This document shows, piece by piece, positions 39,983 to 48,496 of a stretch of DNA of 59,607 bases. Numbering within the stretch: the first letter of the stretch is position 1; every line of letters starts with the position of its first letter. The notes below the pieces were generated by a model. It did no database searches, was not told the origin of the DNA, and saw only the letters and a program-made list of their open reading frames with translations. Source of the DNA: an uncultured virus (IMG/VR IMGVR_UViG_3300046004_000626) (lineage: Duplodnaviria > Heunggongvirae > Uroviricota > Caudoviricetes); the IMG/VR virus record IMGVR_UViG_3300046004_000626; one strand, given 5' to 3'. The position numbers and the translations under genes are program-made.

Positions 39983-41377
39983 ATGGCAGAACATGATATT
40001 AGTTTAGTAACTGCAAAAGCAGGCACAGTTATAGCAGAGAACATGAAAGTTTCTCTGGCCACCGCTGCCGGAGCACTTACTCCTAGTACCATTACTGCCA
40101 TGGTTGGGATTCACAACGGTACGGCATTGAAACTTCCTCAAAGTGTAACTGACGTAGTGAATAAATTAACACCGATTGCAGGCAATATATTACATCCGTT
40201 TCATATTGAGGCAAACACCGCACTTACAAATTTAACATCGTTGCACACCGGCATGGGGTTTGGCTCAACACCTAATCATGCGGCATTTGGTCAAGTATTA
40301 AATCAAACGCAGGGACACATTGCCGACTCACAAGAATTAAAAAAAGCAACTGATTTTATATCAAATACATCATTTAGTGATTACGGCACCGGCATTACTA
40401 ACATGAGTTCGATGACTACCCAGGGATTAGATGGCGCACTTGGTGATTTAGGCAATGTGTCAAAAGCATTTACTGCTGCTGGACCAGCATTTGATTTAAA
40501 GGATATGTCGAAGTTTGGTACATCAGCTGGACTTATTGATAAATTAAACAGTGTAAAATTAGGCAACGCCAGTGGAATAAATGGTGCAATTGCTGGTGCC
40601 GGCTTAGATTTAAGTATGCCTGAACACACAGCGCAGGTTGATAAAATCATGGGTTCTATCACTGATCCTAAAGTTATATCTACTGTTACTGAACAACTGA
40701 ACATTAGCCCGGGTGGATCTATTGCAAATCTTAAAGATCTAACTGATCTAAGTAAACTAGCACCATCTGGTTCCGGTTTAACTGCGGCTAATTTACCTGA
40801 CATGAGCGCAATGGCCAGCAAGTTTAGCGATATGGGTGCAAAATTCTCAAGCCCGGCAGCTGCGGCAGGTATGTGTAGTGCTATTGAAATACCATCTGTT
40901 CCTAACTTAGAAGCATCGGCACCGTCACTGAGTGGATTAATGAGCGGTATGTCATCTAACATTAATTCGATGGTATCGGGTGGATTACCAATAACAGGCA
41001 GTGTACCAAGTATGACAGATTTTATGCAACATGTATCAGGCGGTCCAGCTATCGATGCATTTAATAGCGCAAGTATAGATGCTAATTCTATTGCGGCACT
41101 TAATACATCAATAACACAAACATCATCTGCATTTACTAATATAGGAATTGATTTATCTGCACCGCCATTACCAAGTCTAGGAAGTTCAATGAGCTTTGCT
41201 ACAAGCCTACATAAAATAGGTGCTGATACGTCTGGATCCGGAATTACCGATACACTTAAAAACATGGTAAATCCCGATACTACTGGTGGCGATGCTATTG
41301 TAGCAAGTCTAGCAGAAGGTAAAAACAAATCTTTAATGATGGCACAGGGCATAGCTCCATTAAAATTCGGCGGCTAG
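39983..41377 (+). CDS. putative virion/baseplate-associated protein
   Basis: 464 aa, Gly/Ala/Ser/Thr-rich, AGGA RBS. Confidence 0.6.
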   Translation: MAEHDISLVTAKAGTVIAENMKVSLATAAGALTPSTITAMVGIHNGTALKLPQSVTDVVNKLTPIAGNILHPFHIEANTALTNLTSLHTGMGFGSTPNHAAFGQVLNQTQGHIADSQELKKATDFISNTSFSDYGTGITNMSSMTTQGLDGALGDLGNVSKAFTAAGPAFDLKDMSKFGTSAGLIDKLNSVKLGNASGINGAIAGAGLDLSMPEHTAQVDKIMGSITDPKVISTVTEQLNISPGGSIANLKDLTDLSKLAPSGSGLTAANLPDMSAMASKFSDMGAKFSSPAAAAGMCSAIEIPSVPNLEASAPSLSGLMSGMSSNINSMVSGGLPITGSVPSMTDFMQHVSGGPAIDAFNSASIDANSIAALNTSITQTSSAFTNIGIDLSAPPLPSLGSSMSFATSLHKIGADTSGSGITDTLKNMVNPDTTGGDAIVASLAEGKNKSLMMAQGIAPLKFGG

Positions 41378-41611
41378 ATAGTCACTATACTTCAACAAAA
41401 ACATAGTCTGTAATTGATCATCCCAAAAGTCTAAACGTATACTATTATCCCACCCGCTTTCGTTAGCATAATCTCTATGCTCACGTATAGTAAAACCTAG
41501 AGTATCTCTTAGTCGCCAGCTGATCAATACTGTAGCCTGACCGTAATCTTCTACAATCTTAGCTTTTAGTTTTAGCCATTGCCAATTATTAATTGCTAGG
41601 GTTTTAGCCAT
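41360..41611 (-). CDS. small FxL[RK][WFY]-family protein 6
   Basis: MAKTLAINNWQW...RLDFWDDQLQTMFLLKYS. Confidence 0.7.
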   Translation of the reverse strand: MAKTLAINNWQWLKLKAKIVEDYGQATVLISWRLRDTLGFTIREHRDYANESGWDNSIRLDFWDDQLQTMFLLKYSDYLAAEF

Positions 41612-41904
41612 TATTTTGCAAACCTTAATGCAAATGCAGTGGCATCTCGACCATGCTTGAAATGAAAACTCCAAAAGCCGTACCACTCAAACATATACCA
41701 AACATCGCTATTGTCTAACCATCTTTCACCGGGCTCAATTTGACCTGTACCTATATGTTGTTCACACCAAGTGGTCAATGGAATAACACCTTGAGGAAAT
41801 AAATCAAGTTGACTGGGTCGAGGTCTGGTGATTTCAATTACAGTCCACCCTTCTTCCTGCAGGATTCGTTTTACTTTATGACGTTCTGCCGGTACAGTTC
41901 TCAT
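41611..41904 (-). CDS. small FxL[RK][WFY]-family protein 5
   Basis: WCEQHIG...FHFKHGRDATAFALRFAK. Confidence 0.7.
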   Translation of the reverse strand: MRTVPAERHKVKRILQEEGWTVIEITRPRPSQLDLFPQGVIPLTTWCEQHIGTGQIEPGERWLDNSDVWYMFEWYGFWSFHFKHGRDATAFALRFAK

Positions 41905-42137
41905 GCCCATCTCAATACAAATAAAGTTAATTGTTCATCAGTTTCGAATTCCAAAGTCATGCCCTGTTGATGTAATCTGCCCCTGGGCAAGTTATCATCC
42001 ATCCATGTGTAGATTTCTGGTTCATGCTTTAGCCAATAACTAATATCAGCAATAACAAGATAGTGCCATGGCATTTCATCATCAAACGGACCCGAGGCTA
42101 TAAACCTACGTCCGTTAGCACCGTCTAGTAAACTCAT
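41901..42137 (-). CDS. small FxL[RK][WFY]-family protein 4
   Basis: WMDDNL...LEFETDEQLTLFVLRWA. Confidence 0.7.
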   Translation of the reverse strand: MSLLDGANGRRFIASGPFDDEMPWHYLVIADISYWLKHEPEIYTWMDDNLPRGRLHQQGMTLEFETDEQLTLFVLRWA

Positions 42138-42361
42138 TTAATAATATACCGATCGATTATCTCTAATACACGTTTACGATCTTTACACTCCCACAATTCT
42201 TGCCATTGCATATAACCAAGGTCACCATCATCTTCCATACTACGACTGATCTTAGGATAGGTGTTAATAACTGCCTGCCCGAGACGATAGTGTGGATTTT
42301 TAATTAAGTCAAATATGAACTCTTGTTCAAATTTCTCAAACTCCTGCATGGTTATTTTCAT
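42134..42361 (-). CDS. hypothetical protein
   Basis: YRLGQAVIN motif, coupled in the operon. Confidence 0.65.
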   Translation of the reverse strand: MKITMQEFEKFEQEFIFDLIKNPHYRLGQAVINTYPKISRSMEDDGDLGYMQWQELWECKDRKRVLEIIDRYIIK

Positions 42362-42562
42362 CTATCCGCCAAACTTTAATAAAAACATTGTAGCCCACTG
42401 TTCATCTTCAATTTCGATAATTCTATCATTATTGAAATACCACCATCCATATCCACCTGTTTGGTTATGCAGAACATACTTACGTTCTCCTACGTTTTGT
42501 TCTAACCATGTAACCCGGTCTTGAATATTTCCGTAACTTAAATGTCTTATGCTAATCTTCAT
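42362..42562 (-). CDS. small FxL[RK][WFY]-family protein 3
   Basis: WLEQNVG...IEIEDEQWATMFLLKFGG. Confidence 0.7.
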   Translation of the reverse strand: MKISIRHLSYGNIQDRVTWLEQNVGERKYVLHNQTGGYGWWYFNNDRIIEIEDEQWATMFLLKFGG

Positions 42563-43677
42563 TTAGTAAAAACGTAGACGCCCTCAAACTTTTCACGCCC
42601 AGCAGTCTTATCGTTTCCTACCCCTGGGCGAGTATTAAGCATCATCTTAATCGTACCTGAATGTTTAAAGCCTAACTTCTCAGCAGTAGCAATCCAACGT
42701 TCGCATACAAAGTATTCTTTATTACCATATGACTTGTAGTCTGCAATGTTGGTAGCAAATACACCATCACTGTTTAGGCCTTTGTGTATATTTTTCATAG
42801 TAGGCACAACATAGCCCTCAAACCATTCATCTAATGTGGTATAACGAACCATGCACTGTGTTGGTTCATCACTATACTTCTCTAAGTTAAAGTATGGTGG
42901 ACTACTAAATGCTAAGTCAATATCCTCAGGTTCATATTCTTCACTAACTGCCTGTGTGATCAAACCCCTGTTACCAACTGCCTGTTCTATTAACTCGCTC
43001 AGGTATGTTAAGTGCTTGACTGTTTCTGTGTTAGGGTCAATACATTGGTAGTTATAACGCATGTTACTAGTTGTTATACCCAGCATGCGTCCGCCATAGC
43101 CCGCACTGTAGTCATAGACATTGCCCCATAGTACAGGGCATAAGTGTTCTACGATAGCACGTGCATTTAGACTCTTAAAGTTCTGTACATTCTCACCTGT
43201 GACTAACTCCAAAGCACGACGCAGTGCAGTTGGGCTAACTAGATTGTTACCTTCTCTGTATTCAAAGCATAAATTGATAGCACGACGTAATTTTGCATCA
43301 TTTAAGAAACGATCTTTAAGACTATTACTGCCACGACCTTTGGGTTCAGCAGTCATCATATTTGGGAACAAGAATCTATTAATACCCTGTCCTTGATTGT
43401 TGCCTAAGTTGATAACATTATTCTTAACACTATTTGTAACAGTCTCAGACAAATCTTTAATAGCAGCTATTAATCCTTCTTCTGTGTAATAAACAATCGG
43501 CGTAATGTTAATGCTACGATAGATGTCAAACACCTGCTGTACCGTTGCTTCTGGATCTTTAAGATACTGTTCTTTTGTATAGGTGTCTAATTTATCCTGC
43601 ACTGATTCGTAGCAGGTAAACTGCGGTTGAGTTGCGTACTTCGCCACTCCCCAAATATTATGTAAATTATCTATCAT
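42559..43677 (-). CDS. DNA amino-methyltransferase (N4-C/N6-A)
   Basis: Motif I VYDYSAGYGGR and catalytic motif IV FSSPPYF. Confidence 0.85.
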   Translation of the reverse strand: MIDNLHNIWGVAKYATQPQFTCYESVQDKLDTYTKEQYLKDPEATVQQVFDIYRSINITPIVYYTEEGLIAAIKDLSETVTNSVKNNVINLGNNQGQGINRFLFPNMMTAEPKGRGSNSLKDRFLNDAKLRRAINLCFEYREGNNLVSPTALRRALELVTGENVQNFKSLNARAIVEHLCPVLWGNVYDYSAGYGGRMLGITTSNMRYNYQCIDPNTETVKHLTYLSELIEQAVGNRGLITQAVSEEYEPEDIDLAFSSPPYFNLEKYSDEPTQCMVRYTTLDEWFEGYVVPTMKNIHKGLNSDGVFATNIADYKSYGNKEYFVCERWIATAEKLGFKHSGTIKMMLNTRPGVGNDKTAGREKFEGVYVFTK

Positions 43678-44803
43678 TTAAACTGTTCTTATATAATTCT
43701 ACAAATGTAGTTTCCCAATTTGTATTTCTAATTTTATCAAGACTGGCTAGATAATCCATCCAGTCGTTGTTTGGTTCTATCTTAGATGAAACATAATTTC
43801 TCAATGATGTGACCCAGTAAAATTTATCAGTGTTAAGTAATGCTAGCTCATCTAGATATGATTGTCTTAAATGTGCACCGGCATATTTAATATCTAATTC
43901 TCCATTTACTGTATGTACGTGGAATTGTGTAGCGACATCAAAATTAGCTATATTAATACTACACCAATCAATACATTCGCGCAGGCCAAAGATATTATGA
44001 AGACCAACGGTGTAGGCTACATTAATTTTAAGATTAGGTAAACAATTATTCAATTTGATAATATTATTACTTACTTGTTCCCATACTAACGGATTTCTAA
44101 TATATTCAAACTGTTCGTTTATACCATCGATACTAAATGACAACGTAACTTCTTTGGCAGTACTCCATAATTGTAACACATCATTGGTAGGATAGCAAGA
44201 TCCGTTTGTATTGTATGATATAGTTACTTCATTGATATTTTGTAATTGTGTTAATACAGAAACATGGTCATTTGTTAAAAGCGGCTCTCCGCCATTGAAG
44301 TAAATGTTTTTAATATGGGCTAATTCTAACCCAGTAAGTTGATTCTGTTGTTTATCTATATCGATAATTGTTTCTATACTATCGAATTCTAATAATCGTG
44401 CATCGTGAATCCATGCACTAGAAAAATGTGGTCCACAAATAATACATTTGGCATTGCATATTGGTAATGTATTATATTCTAAACTTATTAATTTAGGAAC
44501 ATCGGGGGTTTGGTCAATTTGATTATTTCTATAATAATCTATAGCTACTTGTCGTTTACTTTCGCCACCTATATCTTCAAGAGTCCAACAACTTTGACAT
44601 TGTGGAGCACGTTGTCCACTAAGTGATAAATCTCTAATTAAATTAAGATGTTCATTTTGTATAAAATCAATAGGTTGATTTGATACCTTATCTTTTGTAG
44701 CAATACAGCACGGAGATAGTTGATAATACTCATCGCGAGTTCTCTCAACGTAGACACCATGAAAAATCAATGGACAATATGTTTTTGAATTTATATCTAT
44801 CAT
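43667..44803 (-). CDS. radical SAM protein with N-terminal twitch-like cysteines
   Basis: CPL..PCC..CxxC, CNAKCIIC, FNGGEP, YNTNG and SIDG. Confidence 0.85.
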   Translation of the reverse strand: MIDINSKTYCPLIFHGVYVERTRDEYYQLSPCCIATKDKVSNQPIDFIQNEHLNLIRDLSLSGQRAPQCQSCWTLEDIGGESKRQVAIDYYRNNQIDQTPDVPKLISLEYNTLPICNAKCIICGPHFSSAWIHDARLLEFDSIETIIDIDKQQNQLTGLELAHIKNIYFNGGEPLLTNDHVSVLTQLQNINEVTISYNTNGSCYPTNDVLQLWSTAKEVTLSFSIDGINEQFEYIRNPLVWEQVSNNIIKLNNCLPNLKINVAYTVGLHNIFGLRECIDWCSINIANFDVATQFHVHTVNGELDIKYAGAHLRQSYLDELALLNTDKFYWVTSLRNYVSSKIEPNNDWMDYLASLDKIRNTNWETTFVELYKNSLNDR

Positions 44804-45003
44804 GCCCACCTCAAAGCAAACATTGTAGCCTGCATAGGATCTCTAAAATTAAATTCAATTGTACTCCATCTACTATTAGCGTACCACTCACGCAGATCAC
44901 TGGGTAATTTAAATGTGTCAACACACCATTTATATTCTGCAAGTTGAGTCAGGTCACTGTCAACTGCATGTTGCTGTCTAGATAATTGTATGCGTGTGTA
45001 CAT
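44800..45003 (-). CDS. small FxL[RK][WFY]-family protein 2
   Basis: WCVDTF...FNFRDPMQATMFALRWA. Confidence 0.7.
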   Translation of the reverse strand: MYTRIQLSRQQHAVDSDLTQLAEYKWCVDTFKLPSDLREWYANSRWSTIEFNFRDPMQATMFALRWA

Positions 45004-45227
45004 TATTCGTGCTTTAGATAAAAATAAGTTATGTATTCTTCTGCTTCTTGTCGCCGACGCAGATCCCAGTGCCATGTATCGTAGCTCATACGCTTTACAC
45101 CCTGGCGCCCATCAAGTTCTTTGGCCATATCCGTGACAATAACGTCCCACTTCAGTTCAAACTGATTAGGCTCATGTGCTATATACATCACTAGGTGTCC
45201 ACCATCTTGTTCTAATAGGATTTTCAT
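45003..45227 (-). CDS. small FxL[RK]-family protein 1 (divergent, leaderless)
   Basis: WHW...EAEEYITYFYLKHE, with ATG 6 nt after the -10 box. Confidence 0.65.
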   Translation of the reverse strand: MKILLEQDGGHLVMYIAHEPNQFELKWDVIVTDMAKELDGRQGVKRMSYDTWHWDLRRRQEAEEYITYFYLKHE

Positions 45228-45233
45228 ACTGTT

Positions 45234-45304
45234 ATTATATACTCTTATAACTCAAAAGTCAATGGAATATTTTGGTTGACTTTTTGGTCCAATGACTGTA
45301 TAAT
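45234..45304. promoter_or_regulatory. back-to-back divergent sigma70 promoters
   Basis: Minus strand: TTGACT(45262-57)-17-TATAAT(45239-34). Plus strand: TTGACT(45276-81)-17-TATAAT(45299-304). Confidence 0.85.
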
Positions 45305-45336
45305 AGCACTTATACACTAAAGCAATGGAGCACACA

Positions 45337-45732
45337 ATGACATACACATTTGATGAAAACTTAGTTAGCGACCTACACAAAGATGCTCGTGGTTCACGCC
45401 CAGATGAATACTTTTGGGAAGAGTGGACCAACATTGATGCGGCCGGTAAACAGTCGATTTGGGAACGTTTATTAAGTGAACTTGATGTTGCTATCGTTGA
45501 AGAACAAACCCGTGAACAATTAGCAATTGATAGCTTTGAAAAGCATGTTGTTTCATTGGAGTCAATTAGTAACTCACGTAAACAATCTATTAGATGGATT
45601 GTTGAAGGTTTGACTCTTACAGACTCGGATAAAATGTACGGTGGTGATTATATCTGTTACAAGTTAGGTCTACCATACAGTTATGCTAAAGAATTTGATG
45701 AAGTATTGCAGGAATTGGCACTTTTTGGTTGA
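45337..45732 (+). CDS. hypothetical early protein
   Basis: GGAG RBS. SDLHKDARGSRP and YICYKLGLPYSY motifs. Confidence 0.75.
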   Translation: MTYTFDENLVSDLHKDARGSRPDEYFWEEWTNIDAAGKQSIWERLLSELDVAIVEEQTREQLAIDSFEKHVVSLESISNSRKQSIRWIVEGLTLTDSDKMYGGDYICYKLGLPYSYAKEFDEVLQELALFG

Positions 45733-45793
45733 CTTTTTGGTAAAATGACTGTATAATGCTATACATACACTAACAACACAGGAGCAATAAATG
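45729..45793 (+). repeat. early promoter/leader cassette, copy 2
   Basis: TTGACT-17-TATAAT-GCTATACATACACTAACAACAC-AGGAGCAA-ATG. Confidence 0.9.
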
Positions 45794-46063
45794 AACGCTA
45801 AACAAATTACTACTGCTTTAATTCAAGGTACTTTTACCAACGAAGAATTAGCCAGCATTATTGATGCTATTAAGTATGCTCGTTTGAACTTAGGCAAAGC
45901 AACTAAACGTAGCTTGTCTGTTGGCGACAAAGTTCGTTTTGCTAGCTCACGTAGTGGCCAAACAATTACAGGCACAGTGCGCAAACTTGCTATTAAAAAT
46001 ATTGTTGTAGATACTCCACTAGGTGCGTATCGTGTTCCAGCTAGTATGTTGGAGGCAGTATAA
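45791..46063 (+). CDS. hypothetical early protein (SH3/KOW-like C-terminus)
   Basis: LSVGDKVRF...GTV....KNIVV....YRVPASML. Confidence 0.7.
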   Translation: MNAKQITTALIQGTFTNEELASIIDAIKYARLNLGKATKRSLSVGDKVRFASSRSGQTITGTVRKLAIKNIVVDTPLGAYRVPASMLEAV

Positions 46064-46263
46064 TGAACATTGACGATATGATTATTACTAATAATATCAG
46101 TCAGGCAATCTTTGATGCTGATATCGCAATTCAAGGTGAGGACACTGCTATTACCAACTGCATCAATTGGCTGGAAGAGTTTGAGTTTAATAATGTTGAA
46201 TTAGAAATGATGTCACAGGCTATTTTAGTAATTTTACGCGAACGCGATAACAAGGAGCAATAA
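46063..46263 (+). CDS. small acidic hypothetical protein
   Basis: GGAGG RBS, TAATG coupling. Confidence 0.65.
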   Translation: MNIDDMIITNNISQAIFDADIAIQGEDTAITNCINWLEEFEFNNVELEMMSQAILVILRERDNKEQ

Positions 46264-46264
46264 A

Positions 46265-46438
46265 ATGGCAGGCAAAGCAACTTCGGTATACCTAACAGTA
46301 TCAGTTAAAGAAACACACAAGACAGCATTCCATAAACAATTCTTTAATATGACTGGGTTAAATCAATACGTTGCTACTGACGAATTTAAAGAAAAGTATC
46401 CTACTACTGAATTTTACATTACCAAAGAAACATATTGA
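46265..46438 (+). CDS. small hypothetical protein (57 aa)
   Basis: Not in the ORF track. AAGGAG RBS, MAGKATSVYLTVSVKETHK...YITKETY*. Confidence 0.7.
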   Translation: MAGKATSVYLTVSVKETHKTAFHKQFFNMTGLNQYVATDEFKEKYPTTEFYITKETY

Positions 46439-46493
46439 CTTACTACAAAAAGGACTGTATACTATGTTAAACACTAACACAATGGAACAAGCA

Positions 46494-46703
46494 ATGGTTA
46501 ATACACTTTATTCGATGCAAAATGCTTTTGTAAAACGCAAATTTGACCCAACTAAGAAAGCAGACTTGGCAGTATACAAACAGTTTATCACAACTGGCTC
46601 CTGGGGTGATGCGCCTTGTCCGTTTGAACTTGAATGGCCTGCGCTGAATATTCCCAGCATGATTGAGCGTAAGATTTCAGAATACACTGTGCGCAATATT
46701 TAA
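46494..46703 (+). CDS. hypothetical protein
   Basis: TTGACT-17-TATACT at 46435-46463 implies a start at 46482 or 46494. WGDAPCPFELEWP motif. Confidence 0.6.
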   Translation: MVNTLYSMQNAFVKRKFDPTKKADLAVYKQFITTGSWGDAPCPFELEWPALNIPSMIERKISEYTVRNI

Positions 46704-46721
46704 ACCTAGTATCAACTAACC

Positions 46722-46747
46722 AAAGGCTCTTCGGAGCCTTTTATTTT
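46722..46747 (+). terminator. Rho-independent terminator
   Basis: AAAGGCTC-TTCG-GAGCCTTTT. Confidence 0.85.
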
Positions 46748-46776
46748 GGCTATAAATATTATATTAGGAATCAATA

Positions 46777-47055
46777 ATGGCATCATACTCACTAACTGCT
46801 ACCAACACAAGTCAACAGAGCCCTGTACTTAAGAAGGGAGTTATTATACTGTATTCATCAGTATCGATTTATTTTGTAGTAGGTGAAAATCCTGTAGTTG
46901 ATCCTAACAAGTGCGCATTATTACGTGCCGGCGAAAGTAGACAAATGCGCTTTCCTGTTAAGTGCAGTCGAATTGCTGTACAGGCAGTCGGCCAACACGG
47001 GGCAGTGACTATAACCGAACAAGCTGGCGGAGTAAAAGCTAGCTGTACAGCATAA
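46777..47055 (+). CDS. hypothetical late protein
   Basis: TATAAATA at 46751 and AGGA RBS. Confidence 0.65.
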   Translation: MASYSLTATNTSQQSPVLKKGVIILYSSVSIYFVVGENPVVDPNKCALLRAGESRQMRFPVKCSRIAVQAVGQHGAVTITEQAGGVKASCTA

Positions 47056-47085
47056 GATTAACTAAATACACTAAAGAGAATAGTT

Positions 47086-47646
47086 ATGTCAGCAAACGGA
47101 ATATCAACTTTACTAACCAAAGAACTACGCCAGAAGGCTAAATTAGATTTGGCAGCAACTGATCGTGCTGCCGACGGCAATCCTCGTGCTACTTACGATC
47201 TAACCTTATTGCCAACACAATATAACGGGAATGTTATTATTGATAATCCCAATGCAGGTGGGTTAGTTACTGGTCGTCCTTGGACAGGAATTGGTACAGA
47301 CGATCCAGCCAATGCCGCGGAACCTGATGCCACTGCTTGGGTGTTGATGGATGGTCCTTTCTACAATACTCCCGGAGTTCCAGAGTCGGGATTTGTTGGT
47401 GGCCAAAGTTGGCGCAAGATGGCTCCGATTGGATACTTGCCCTACGGTAGAGAAACATATACTTACGGTGACGAAACAGTAAGGTTTGACGGTACTTGGC
47501 TTTATGAAAATACTACAATAGGCCTAATTGCTACTGGCGGTACCGAGGGTCAGTGGCCTTGGCAAGCCACATGGACTGGCAATTACAAAGGCACTAAGAT
47601 AACAGCCGCATACGTTAAGACAACCAATTATCCAGCGGTACCTTAA
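47086..47646 (+). CDS. putative virion protein
   Basis: CTAAATA upstream. MSANGISTL...KLDLA...LPTQY...GLVTGRPW. Confidence 0.6.
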   Translation: MSANGISTLLTKELRQKAKLDLAATDRAADGNPRATYDLTLLPTQYNGNVIIDNPNAGGLVTGRPWTGIGTDDPANAAEPDATAWVLMDGPFYNTPGVPESGFVGGQSWRKMAPIGYLPYGRETYTYGDETVRFDGTWLYENTTIGLIATGGTEGQWPWQATWTGNYKGTKITAAYVKTTNYPAVP

Positions 47647-47718
47647 TATATTATGGGCGTTCAACTACCTAATTCAACCAACTACCAGCATCCGCATGGG
47701 AATAGATAAATACATATT

Positions 47719-48045
47719 ATGAAAACAGCAGAAATATTACGCAATATACTTAATTTATTAGATGCAGAAGAGCATGAAGCTCAACAGCAACCAGTGGTAG
47801 TAAACATCAATAATGGTGATACTGCACAAGACCAATCTACAGAAACTCCTGTGGCTGATAATGAATTGGGAGTTATGGTTCCGCCACTACAACAAAAAAT
47901 AGAACTGCACAAAAAAGCACACGGTTTGGATAATGTCTATGATCAATCCAATGACGGCACACCCGATGAGCTTACTATTATCAAACGTAACGCAGGTATA
48001 GCGTCAATTACTACTCCAGACGAAGACGAACCGTTTGAAGGATAA
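47719..48045 (+). CDS. hypothetical acidic late protein
   Basis: ATAAATA upstream. MVPPLQQKIEL.KK and IKRNAGI motifs. Confidence 0.65.
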   Translation: MKTAEILRNILNLLDAEEHEAQQQPVVVNINNGDTAQDQSTETPVADNELGVMVPPLQQKIELHKKAHGLDNVYDQSNDGTPDELTIIKRNAGIASITTPDEDEPFEG

Positions 48046-48055
48046 GGAGTAATCC

Positions 48056-48496
48056 GTGTCCTTTACCCAAGATTTATTTACCCAAAGACGAAATTTTGAA
48101 GATGGCAATACCCGTATAGGTCAACTTGACCGTATTTGGTATGACGAACATCGTAATGCCTTTTACATCGGTGATGGAACAACACCAGGTGGTAGATTAA
48201 TTGGCGGAGGCGGTGGTGCTGGTCTTGGATACAATACCAAACTAATCACCACAGCTAGTTATACAGTTATACAAGATGACTATTACGTTGGCGTCAACTA
48301 TGCTGGTACCTGTACTATTACTCTACCGGTAAGCACCAATGGTGATAAAGTTGTAATTAAAGATGAAAGTGGATTAGCCAGTGTAAATCATATTATACTT
48401 GCTGGCAATGTTGACAATGATCCAGGTGGTGCTGTCCTAGCTATGGACAATGGAGCCATCCATATGATATACCGTGATGGGTGGAGAATAATCTAA
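48056..48496 (+). CDS. putative tail-fibre-associated protein
   Basis: IGDGTTPGG plus TITLP..NGDKVVIKDESG...DGWRII fibre-type domain. Confidence 0.65.
   Translation: MSFTQDLFTQRRNFEDGNTRIGQLDRIWYDEHRNAFYIGDGTTPGGRLIGGGGGAGLGYNTKLITTASYTVIQDDYYVGVNYAGTCTITLPVSTNGDKVVIKDESGLASVNHIILAGNVDNDPGGAVLAMDNGAIHMIYRDGWRII

Noticed and set aside
40381..41352. 323-aa minus-strand ORF
   Set aside because: It lies entirely antisense to the 464-aa Gly/Ala/Ser-rich gene and has no RBS or motifs. It is best explained as a shadow ORF.
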